From contig JAYZEG010000020.1 in NCBI GenBank assembly GCA_036337435.1, positions 23,491 through 87,490 of the forward strand: a stretch of 64,000 bases of DNA, written 5' to 3'. Of this stretch, positions 1-8,010 are shown piece after piece (position 1 is the stretch's first letter; every line of letters starts with the position of its first letter). The notes beneath the pieces were generated by a model that did not search any database, had not been told where the DNA came from, and saw nothing but the letters and a program-made list of their open reading frames with translations. This DNA is from Myxococcota bacterium. GTDB lineage: Bacteria; Myxococcota_A; Bradymonadia; UBA7976; UBA1532. The position numbers were made by a program, and so were the translations under genes.

Positions 1-981
1 GCGAATCGGCAGCTGACCTATCTCCGGGTGTCTGTGACTGATCGGTGTAACTATAGCTGTCACTATTGCATGCCTGCCGGAGGCTGGAAAGCCTCCCCGA
101 GGGCAGAGCTTCTCTCCCTCGAGGAAATCGCCCGAATCGTCAGAGTGATGGCCAAGCATGGCGTCAAAAAAATTCGCATTACGGGTGGAGAGCCCTTGCT
201 GCGCAAGAATGTGACCGACCTCATACGCTGGATCGCCGAGACACCGGGGATCTCCGAAGTTGCGTTGACGACAAATGGTCATTTACTTCCACAATTTGCC
301 GAGGCTCTCAAGAAAAGCGGTTTGACTCGCCTAACTGTGAGCATTGATACATTTGATCCGGTCGTCTTCGAGGAACTTACAGGGGGCGATCTCGCTCGTG
401 TACTCACTGGCATCGAAGTAGCCCAACAGGTTGGATTCAAAAATATTGGGATCAATGTGGTCGCCTTGGACAACATTAATTCAGGTCGGTTGTCAGACAT
501 TACGCAGCACTGCTGGAACCGCGATTTAACGCCGCGATTTATTGAGTTGATGCCTATTGGCGGCCTTCCGTACCAGCAGGCTAAGCATCGATACAACTAC
601 GCCTCCATCTTTGACGAATTAGATCGAGAGTTCGGACTGGTTGAAAGACTCAAGGGCATATCCGCTCACGGTGGACCCGCGCGTTATTGGACTGCATCCA
701 AGGGACCCTGGCTTGGACGACATCTGGGGACAATTAGCCCCATGTCTGACGGTCACTTCTGTGGGGATTGTAATCGGGCTCGGTTAACGGCTCGAGGTGG
801 ATTCAGGCCATGTCTAGCGAATGATGAAGAGGTATCACTTTTGCATGCACTGCGTCGGGGCGAGTCGGATTCGCACTTGGCGAGTCTGGTCTCGAACGCC
901 ATGGCAGGGAAATTAGATGCTCATCGATTGACTGATGGGACGTTTATTCCGCTCACGGTTATGACAGGAATTGGTGGTTAA
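1..981 (+). CDS. moaA: GTP 3',8-cyclase MoaA (radical SAM), 5'-truncated by window edge
   Basis: Frame open from base 1 (ANRQLTYLRVSVTDRCNYSCHYC): CxxxCxxC, RITGGEPLLR, C-terminal FCGDCNRARL..C cluster and terminal MTGIGG. Confidence 0.96.
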   Translation, partial: ANRQLTYLRVSVTDRCNYSCHYCMPAGGWKASPRAELLSLEEIARIVRVMAKHGVKKIRITGGEPLLRKNVTDLIRWIAETPGISEVALTTNGHLLPQFAEALKKSGLTRLTVSIDTFDPVVFEELTGGDLARVLTGIEVAQQVGFKNIGINVVALDNINSGRLSDITQHCWNRDLTPRFIELMPIGGLPYQQAKHRYNYASIFDELDREFGLVERLKGISAHGGPARYWTASKGPWLGRHLGTISPMSDGHFCGDCNRARLTARGGFRPCLANDEEVSLLHALRRGESDSHLASLVSNAMAGKLDAHRLTDGTFIPLTVMTGIGG

Positions 982-1117
982 TTGGGTTTGAGAATGACCC
1001 GACGAATATGTTGAAACAAATCCGTTCGGTCGCGCATCTTGAGATAGATTTGACTTTTCCCGGAAGTAACGGGGTAATCAGCGAGAATATTCGTTGTTTC
1101 GATGGCTGAGGAAAACC

Positions 1118-1561
1118 ATGGAAGAACAGTTGCAGATAGAAAAGAAAAAGCGACTCCGGTTGGTTGTGTTGCTGGTGCTCGGCGTCGCAGGATTTTACGT
1201 GTTTATAAACAGCGCAATGGAAGGTGGCGTGTACTACCTAACGGTGGAGCAAGCCGTGGCACAGCCGTCGAAGTCTAAACGTGCGATTCGCATCAAAGGC
1301 AACGTCGTCAAAGGAAGCTACAGCAATCCTGACGGTGGTAAAGACCATAAATTCGCCATTGAAAGTGGCACAGCAGCCACGATCCCGGTCGCTTTCGCCG
1401 GTGCTTTACCCGACAAGTTCAAAGAGGGTGGTGAAGTGATTGTCACAGGCGTTCGAGGCATCCAGGGAACCTTGGTGGCCACTGAAGTATCAGCTAAGTG
1501 TCCCTCTAAATCCGAGGGCGTATTGTCCGAAGAAGCCCGAGAACGACTCGGCACGAACTGA
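1118..1561 (+). CDS. ccmE: Heme chaperone CcmE, Cys-type variant
   Basis: N-terminal TM, VYYLTVEQ, IRIKGNV, LPDKFKEGGEVIVTG, AKCPSK motif; ATG 1118 follows GAGG; directly upstream of ccmF. Confidence 0.9.
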   Translation: MEEQLQIEKKKRLRLVVLLVLGVAGFYVFINSAMEGGVYYLTVEQAVAQPSKSKRAIRIKGNVVKGSYSNPDGGKDHKFAIESGTAATIPVAFAGALPDKFKEGGEVIVTGVRGIQGTLVATEVSAKCPSKSEGVLSEEARERLGTN

Positions 1562-1579
1562 GCAGAGAGCAATCTAAAC

Positions 1580-3748
1580 GTGATAGACCCAAATTTTCTA
1601 GGCAGCTTTTTACTTTACTTTGCCATGGTTGTGGCTGCTTTTTCCACAACAGCAAGCGTCGTCGGTCGGTATCGCGAAGATGGCCGTTTGATGATCGCGG
1701 GCGAACGAGCCGGATATGCTTTGTGCGCAATCATGATTTGCGCAGCTTTCATTTTGGTGCACGCCTTCCTCGACCATGACTATGCCAATAAATATGTACA
1801 GCGTTATTCAGACAATAACATGCCGTGGTACTACCTTGTCGCCGCCTTTTGGGGGGGGCAAGAGGGATCATTGATGTTTTGGTCTGTGGTACTGGCAGTG
1901 ATTACTGCCATCGTCATCTGGCAGAACCGGGACCAAAACCGAGATGTGCTACCGACGGTGATCGCGGTCCTCATGGTCGTTCAAGCGTTCTTCCTTTTGC
2001 TCATGATCGTGGAAGCCAATCCGTTTGCCACCTTCAGAATCAACGAACCGCCGATCAATGGTCGCGGCTTGGAACCCTTATTGCAGAATCCGGCCATGAC
2101 CTTCCACCCGCCGAGCATCCTCAGCGGATATGTTTGGTGGACGGTGCCCTTTGCGTTTGCCGTCGCAGCTATGATTCATAAACGTCTGAATGATTCCTGG
2201 ATACGAACAACGCGTCGATACGCTGTCGTTTCCTGGGGATTTTTATCCATCGGTAATCTTTTCGGCGGCATGTGGGCATACCAAGAGCTTGGTTGGGGTG
2301 GCTTCTGGGGTTGGGATCCCGTCGAAAATGCATCCCTCATGCCTTGGTTTACAGCCACGGCGTACTTGCACTCGGTGATGATTCAGGAACGCCGAGGTAT
2401 GCTGAAGGTCTGGAACATCGCGTTGGTCTTTTTGACCTACTTCCTCACTGTGTTCGGGACCTTCTTGACTCGGTCGGGCCTCATCGATTCGGTGCACACC
2501 TTCGCACAGAGTGACATCGGGGAATATTTCATGGTCGCCTTGGTCCTGCTGGCACTCTTTTGCATCGGACTCATTGTTTGGCGTGTCATGGACGGGTCAC
2601 TCCGAAGCAAAGCTGATGTCGACAGCATTGTCAGTCGTGAAGGTGTGTTTCTACTCAACAACCTACTGCTTCTTGGCTGCGTTGGCGTGGTCATGTTTGG
2701 TACTTTGGGCGAGAAGATCAGTGCCTATTTCTGGCAGGAAACAAAGTATACGGCGCCTTGGTTTAATGCTTGGATGGTACCGGGTGGCCTCGCCTTGATC
2801 GTGCTTATGGGAATTGGTCCTCTGATCCCGTGGCGTAAGGTCACTCTCAAGAGTCTGAAGCGGAATTTCCTCATTCCGACCGTTGTGTCTCTAGTCGCCA
2901 CGGTCGCTGTGTACCTATCCGACATTTATCACATACAAGAACATGTTGCTGCGACACATGTCCCGTTCGGGGCTGTCCCACTTGGTCGTATTCCGCTGGT
3001 TGCCGAATTGACGGGAGTCTATGCCCTCATCGGCTTTTATGGCGTATTTTTTGTGGCGTATACACTTTTCGTCGAGTTTTATCGAGGGGCACAGATTAGG
3101 GCCAAAAATGCCAAGGAGTCATATGTGGGCGCGCTGCTGGGCCTGTTATCGAAGCAGAAGCGGCGCTACGGGGGCTACCTCACTCACCTCGGCTTCGCTG
3201 GACTTTTTCTCGGTTTCATCGGAACGGGCCTCAAAACCGAGCAAGATCTGAAATTCAGCTCGGTCGGGGATACCCATGTCATCGAAGGGCATCAGCTGAC
3301 CTACGTAGGCATGAAGAAATTCTCCAGTCGAGAATACGCCGAAGACTTCGCGGAGTTCAAACTGGCGAGCCTCAACGACGATGGCACCGTCGGGGAAGAG
3401 TTGGGCTTGCTGCGCCCATCGAGGCGACGTTATCACGGTGCAAACGTCCGGTTATCGAGAACGACAACGGAGAAGGACGAGGTGTTTCTGTTCAAAGGCA
3501 ATGTCTACCTTTCGTTGACCGCGTACGATCCGATGGCTGGCCAGTGGGCTGAGGTAAAAGCCCACTTCAATCCGATGCTGATTTTCATGTGGCTGGGTGG
3601 AGCCCTCCTTTTGATTGGAGTTGGCTTCGCACTTTGGCCTGATACCAATCCGTATCCCGTGTATACGGCGGCGACGCGGCGACGTAAAGCTAAAGCAATA
3701 CCGAAAGCACCTGAGACTGCGACTGCACAACGGACCGAAAGCGGATAG
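1580..3748 (+). CDS. ccmF: Cytochrome c heme lyase subunit CcmF
   Basis: WGGQEGSL, LLQNPAMTFHPP, WAYQELGWGGFWGWDPVENAS (WWD), GTFLTRSG..SVHTFA; polytopic. Confidence 0.97.
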   Translation: MIDPNFLGSFLLYFAMVVAAFSTTASVVGRYREDGRLMIAGERAGYALCAIMICAAFILVHAFLDHDYANKYVQRYSDNNMPWYYLVAAFWGGQEGSLMFWSVVLAVITAIVIWQNRDQNRDVLPTVIAVLMVVQAFFLLLMIVEANPFATFRINEPPINGRGLEPLLQNPAMTFHPPSILSGYVWWTVPFAFAVAAMIHKRLNDSWIRTTRRYAVVSWGFLSIGNLFGGMWAYQELGWGGFWGWDPVENASLMPWFTATAYLHSVMIQERRGMLKVWNIALVFLTYFLTVFGTFLTRSGLIDSVHTFAQSDIGEYFMVALVLLALFCIGLIVWRVMDGSLRSKADVDSIVSREGVFLLNNLLLLGCVGVVMFGTLGEKISAYFWQETKYTAPWFNAWMVPGGLALIVLMGIGPLIPWRKVTLKSLKRNFLIPTVVSLVATVAVYLSDIYHIQEHVAATHVPFGAVPLGRIPLVAELTGVYALIGFYGVFFVAYTLFVEFYRGAQIRAKNAKESYVGALLGLLSKQKRRYGGYLTHLGFAGLFLGFIGTGLKTEQDLKFSSVGDTHVIEGHQLTYVGMKKFSSREYAEDFAEFKLASLNDDGTVGEELGLLRPSRRRYHGANVRLSRTTTEKDEVFLFKGNVYLSLTAYDPMAGQWAEVKAHFNPMLIFMWLGGALLLIGVGFALWPDTNPYPVYTAATRRRKAKAIPKAPETATAQRTESG

Positions 3749-3750
3749 CC

Positions 3751-4140
3751 ATGGTTTTGTCGCTTGCTATTGGTACGGGGCTTCTCGCATCATACTGGAT
3801 TTATTTGTCACTTCGCCCGCTTGCAGAAAAAGGGCAGGTCTCTGCAGCTGATTGGGCGCGGCTGGACGATGACTCCACAGAATTGTTGGCCAAGCGAGAC
3901 CGTTTGATCGAAGAGTTGAAAGACATTGAGTTTGAAGCGGCTCTCAATAAGGTCGATGGCCGGGACTTGGAATTACTCCGGCAGCGGTATGAATCGGCCG
4001 CCGTTGACGTGATGGGCGAACTCGAAGACGAGGTCAGTCAATACGGTTCGCGAATCGAAGCGGACATTGGACAGGTCAGGCATCGCCGTAACCTCGGCGA
4101 TGACACCCCTGGCGCAGATGAAGTGGGGGAGGGAGCATGA
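3751..4140 (+). CDS. ccm-associated small membrane protein, N-terminal TM plus CcmI-like coiled-coil
   Basis: Starts 2 nt after the ccmF stop; TM then LLAKRDRLIEELKDIEFEAALNKV motif. Confidence 0.7.
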   Translation: MVLSLAIGTGLLASYWIYLSLRPLAEKGQVSAADWARLDDDSTELLAKRDRLIEELKDIEFEAALNKVDGRDLELLRQRYESAAVDVMGELEDEVSQYGSRIEADIGQVRHRRNLGDDTPGADEVGEGA

Positions 4141-5408
4141 TGAAGCCCACCAGCCCCTTCTTTTTTTGGTGTGTTTTGGGTCTCCTGGCGTCGCCGGCTG
4201 GTTTTACGCAGCCCTACTCTAAGTCAGGTCAAACGGAGGCGACGCCGAAGGGACCAATGCCGTTCATGGCAGCAATGAAGCGGCACAACATGCTGCTGAA
4301 GGTCGTCAAGAAGAACGAGGCGGGTCTGTTGGTTCCGGTTGCTGAAGGGACGCCAGTCGGCGTACGCGTCTATCGGGGCGGCGGTTCGCCGAAAGACTAT
4401 ACGGCAACGACGACTGCGGACGGGAGTGCCACTGTCGTGGGTGTACCCTCAAATCCGATGATTCAACGCATGTTGAAATACGAGGCTTTTGTTGACCATG
4501 GCGGCGTTCGGTATCCATTTCAACTCGATGGCATTCCCAGTGATGGTGCGGAAATTCAGCTCACCGTAACCCAAGTGGTGGCCGGTGACCTATCGCAGGT
4601 GAGTGCCGCTCACGAAATTGAAATTTCCGCCGATGAAGACTCCGTGATAGCCCGCCATATCATTCGGCTAACCAACGAGGGGCAGTCAACCGTTAACCTA
4701 GGAGCCTTACCGGGCGGCGGGCTCGTCTTGCCCTGTCCCACCGGCGCGAAGCACCCCGAAATGCACGAGCAGGCCAAAAATCGCGCAGAAGTTCGCGGGA
4801 CATCGATCGTGTTCCGAGGAGCATTACTTCCAGGAGCGCAGGGGGCCCAATCCGTCAGTATGGCGTACACGATTCCATATAAGGCCGAGAAATTTGAATG
4901 GGTCCAGACTCTACCCGTTCGGACGACATCGACAACCGTCGCGGCACCCCAATTCAAGCAAAGCAGGCAAAGAGCCGCGGTCCCCATGAGCCTCACGACG
5001 AGACAAGGTCAAGGGACAACAGATATTATTACAGAGCGCAACGGTCGCCAATGGGCGGTCCTGCGTGCGGGTTCGATTAATTTGGCGGCAAACGAGCCAC
5101 TCCGTTTTGCAATCGGCGGCCTACCCGTTCCAAGTAAGCTTCCTTACCAAATCCTGGTTGCGGCCGTCGTCTTGGTCATTTTGATCGTCGTGTTCGGATT
5201 CCGAAGGCAACCAGAGGAGCAAGGCCTTGTTTTGTCTCTCAGTCATCTTGAGACGGAGCGCGACCGTCTCGTCAAAGTGTTGGCAAGAATGCGCAAGGCC
5301 CATGAAAAGGGCCGAATGCCGACGCCGCGGTTTGAACGGGAACAAGAGGCGATTACCGCCAGGCTCGTGTCGCTATACAGGGCGATCGACCGGCTTAAGG
5401 TTTCGTGA
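4137..5408 (+). CDS. ccm-associated exported membrane-anchored protein (signal peptide, beta-rich ectodomain, C-terminal TM plus coiled-coil)
   Basis: ATGA overlap upstream and GTGA overlap with ccmA; signal peptide; TM PYQILVAAVVLVILIVVFGF. Confidence 0.75.
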   Translation: MMKPTSPFFFWCVLGLLASPAGFTQPYSKSGQTEATPKGPMPFMAAMKRHNMLLKVVKKNEAGLLVPVAEGTPVGVRVYRGGGSPKDYTATTTADGSATVVGVPSNPMIQRMLKYEAFVDHGGVRYPFQLDGIPSDGAEIQLTVTQVVAGDLSQVSAAHEIEISADEDSVIARHIIRLTNEGQSTVNLGALPGGGLVLPCPTGAKHPEMHEQAKNRAEVRGTSIVFRGALLPGAQGAQSVSMAYTIPYKAEKFEWVQTLPVRTTSTTVAAPQFKQSRQRAAVPMSLTTRQGQGTTDIITERNGRQWAVLRAGSINLAANEPLRFAIGGLPVPSKLPYQILVAAVVLVILIVVFGFRRQPEEQGLVLSLSHLETERDRLVKVLARMRKAHEKGRMPTPRFEREQEAITARLVSLYRAIDRLKVS

Positions 5409-6121
5409 GCGAGATGGCTCTCGCTGTTCGTACCCAAGAGCTATCCCGTGCCTACGATGATGACTATGCACTCATCGGCCTGACTGCAACCTTCCATTCC
5501 GGTACGACTACGGCGATTTTAGGACCTAATGGGGCGGGTAAATCCACTCTGCTCCACCTTCTTACGCTGATGATGCGACCGACGGAGGGCACCATCTTCT
5601 TTAACGACGTCGAAGCGAAACCAAACAGTGAGAATCACCGCTCGAAAATTGGTTATGTAGGTCATCAGACCATGCTCTATCGGACTCGAACAGGCCGCGA
5701 GAATCTCATGTTTTTTGGGCGTTTATACGGGCTCGACGAGTTGACCAGTAGAGTTGACGAGTTGTTAACTGTTGTCGGATTGAGCGATGCGGCCCATCGG
5801 AACGTTGAAGAGTACAGCCGCGGCATGGCGCAACGGTTGACCATCGCACGCGCGCTGCTGCCAAAACCATCACTGTTGCTCTTAGACGAACCGTTTACAG
5901 GGCTCGATCAGCAAGGGCATCGGTTGGCGGAAGACCTGTTTCGGGAACAGAGGGAACAGGGTGCCATAACGCTGCTGGTCAGTCATGACTTGAGTGCAAC
6001 CGCGCGGATTGCCGACCAGTGTCTGGTTTTAAAGCGGGGTCGGTTGCAATATCAAGGTCCGGTCGGGGACTCCCTACAGAGCGTATATCAAAGGGCCCTC
6101 CAGGAAGGGGCTGTTACGTGA
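5405..6121 (+). CDS. ccmA: Heme exporter ATP-binding protein CcmA
   Basis: Walker A GPNGAGKST, YVGHQ, YSRGMAQR signature, LLLLDEPFTGLD, SHD; precedes ccmB and ccmC. Confidence 0.92.
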   Translation: MSEMALAVRTQELSRAYDDDYALIGLTATFHSGTTTAILGPNGAGKSTLLHLLTLMMRPTEGTIFFNDVEAKPNSENHRSKIGYVGHQTMLYRTRTGRENLMFFGRLYGLDELTSRVDELLTVVGLSDAAHRNVEEYSRGMAQRLTIARALLPKPSLLLLDEPFTGLDQQGHRLAEDLFREQREQGAITLLVSHDLSATARIADQCLVLKRGRLQYQGPVGDSLQSVYQRALQEGAVT

Positions 6122-6819
6122 ACTTACCAGGCTTCCTCACGACCTTTCGAACCATTGTCGCCAACGATCTCATTGCGGAAATTCGCTCGAAACAAAACAT
6201 CGTCACATTGATTTTGTTTGGCGTTGTTCTGGCCCATATCTTTGCATTCGGGTTTACCAATGATGCCATCACTAATCGTCGGATTTTTCCTGGGATTCTA
6301 TGGGCTTGTATCTTCTTTACTGCGACGCTTGGAGTGGGTCGCACCTTTTCGAGAGAGACGGAAGATGGTGCATTTACAGCACTGATTTTGTCCCCGGGGG
6401 ATCGGGCAGGACTCCTGGTGGCCAAAATTCTCGTTAATTTTGTGCTGATGGTCATCACCATCGCTTTTGTGTTTCCGTTGTTGGTGATGCTGTTGGATGT
6501 TCGGCTGGTCGACCCAGATGACGTATCAGTCACTTGGGTTGTTTGCGCTCAATTGCTGACAGGTGTCATCGGTTTCTCAGTTATCGCGACGCCGCTTGCG
6601 GTCATGGCCGTCAGCGCGCGCTTTGCCGAGGTCTTGTTGCCCCTCATCATTTTTCCAATGGTGACTCCGGTTTTGATCGCTGGCGTGAGTGGCACTGGGA
6701 TTGCTTTAGGAACAGTTGTTGGCGACTCCGTTTTACCTTGGTTACAATTCACTTGGGCGTTTAGTCTTATTTTTGGGGTCTTAGGGGTCGTACTCTTTGA
6801 ACACATGGTGACAGAATGA
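6118..6819 (+). CDS. ccmB: Heme exporter permease CcmB
   Basis: GTG 6118 overlaps the ccmA stop; DLIAEIRSK, PGILW, RTFSRETEDG, EVLLPLIIFPMVTPVLIA. Confidence 0.92.
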   Translation: MNLPGFLTTFRTIVANDLIAEIRSKQNIVTLILFGVVLAHIFAFGFTNDAITNRRIFPGILWACIFFTATLGVGRTFSRETEDGAFTALILSPGDRAGLLVAKILVNFVLMVITIAFVFPLLVMLLDVRLVDPDDVSVTWVVCAQLLTGVIGFSVIATPLAVMAVSARFAEVLLPLIIFPMVTPVLIAGVSGTGIALGTVVGDSVLPWLQFTWAFSLIFGVLGVVLFEHMVTE

Positions 6820-7475
6820 AGCGTTTTCCCATCTTTTTAGCTTTGGCACTTGCAGGAATCTTTCTGGCTCATTATCTGGTCTTTGTCTACGCGCCGATGG
6901 AGACTGAGATGCGTGCTGTACAGCGAATATTCTACTTTCATGTACCCAGCGCATGGCTCTGTTATCTCGGCTTTATTGCGTGTTTCGGTGGGAGTATTGG
7001 CTATCTACTCAGTCGAAAATCGAAATATGATTTATTTGCATACGCAGCCGCGGAAGTTGGGCTCGTATTCGGAGCGATCGTACTCACGACGGGTCCTTTA
7101 TGGGCTCGGGCGGCCTGGGGTGTTTGGTGGCGCTGGGAGCCGCGGCTGACCAGCATGGCCCTTCTCGTGCTGATCTTTGCCGGCTATTGGGTTTTACGCA
7201 CCTTCGGCGGCCGGGGAGACGGGGTTCGAAAATTTGCAGCGGTTCTCGCCGTGTTCGGCACCCCCAATATTGTCTTCGTTCATTATGCTGTCAAAAAGTG
7301 GAAGGGTGACCACCCAAACAATGTGCAACTCGACCCCGAAATGCGTGTCGTATTGTATAGTTCGCTGGGGATTTTGATGATTGTGTTTTGGCTTTTAGTT
7401 ATCAATCGGTACCGGGCTCACCGAGACAATGCCATAGTCGGTGTACTTAAACGTCGATTGAGTCGACTTGGATAA
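6816..7475 (+). CDS. ccmC: Heme exporter / cytochrome c biogenesis protein CcmC
   Basis: QRIFYFHVPSAW, TGPLWARAAWGVWWRWEPRLT (WWD domain), second His in DHP. Confidence 0.95.
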   Translation: MKRFPIFLALALAGIFLAHYLVFVYAPMETEMRAVQRIFYFHVPSAWLCYLGFIACFGGSIGYLLSRKSKYDLFAYAAAEVGLVFGAIVLTTGPLWARAAWGVWWRWEPRLTSMALLVLIFAGYWVLRTFGGRGDGVRKFAAVLAVFGTPNIVFVHYAVKKWKGDHPNNVQLDPEMRVVLYSSLGILMIVFWLLVINRYRAHRDNAIVGVLKRRLSRLG

Positions 7476-7490
7476 CCTGTGGGAATAATC

Positions 7491-7829
7491 ATGCGTCAGT
7501 TCATTGCTTTATTTTTGGTGGCCAGCCTCGGCATACCGAGCATCGTCCTTGCTCAAACAGGGGACGCCGCGGCGTCTGAGAAGGCTGCGGCGGCGACCAA
7601 GAAAGTGGGTACGAGTCAGGAACGAGCCAGAGTCATTGAACAGTTCAAGGCTGCTGAGGCGCGGAACGAAGAACTTCGTTACAAGCACTTATGGATTGCC
7701 TACGCCATGGTCTGGATTGTTATTTTTACCTTCGTTTTTCGTACGTGGAAGCTTAATAATAAGACCTCGGATGAACTGGCACTTTTGAAGAGCCGACTCG
7801 CTAAGTTGGAGTCATCGGATGACACCTGA
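7491..7829 (+). CDS. ccmD: CcmD-like protein with N-terminal signal-peptide extension
   Basis: HLWIAYAMVWIVIFTFVFRTW TM followed by charged helix, directly after ccmC. Confidence 0.7.
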   Translation: MRQFIALFLVASLGIPSIVLAQTGDAAASEKAAAATKKVGTSQERARVIEQFKAAEARNEELRYKHLWIAYAMVWIVIFTFVFRTWKLNNKTSDELALLKSRLAKLESSDDT

Positions 7830-7992
7830 TGAGTTGCTCACATCTCCTCCAATCACGCATCTTGTCTACATTCCGTTTATACTATTTATCGGCGGCGTGA
7901 TTGGATTTGTCATCGGCCGTAAAGTCGGGGCTCGTGATGGTGAGGCCGAATATTTGACTCGCATAGACGATGAAGACCTCCTCGATGATTAG
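7819..7992 (+). CDS. 57-aa single-TM protein (not in ORF track)
   Basis: Hand translation MTPDELLTSPPITHLVYIPFILFIGGVIGFVIGRKVGARDGEAEYLTRIDDEDLLDD*; GGAG at 7808-7811; overlaps the ccmD end and fills the gap to slt. Confidence 0.75.
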   Translation: MTPDELLTSPPITHLVYIPFILFIGGVIGFVIGRKVGARDGEAEYLTRIDDEDLLDD

Positions 7993-8010
7993 GCAGGGAA
8001 GCTGACTGTT

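Noticed and set aside
1851..1858. G8 tract in ccmF as a phase-variation site
   Set aside because: Encodes the conserved WGG of WGGQEGS and the frame is intact.
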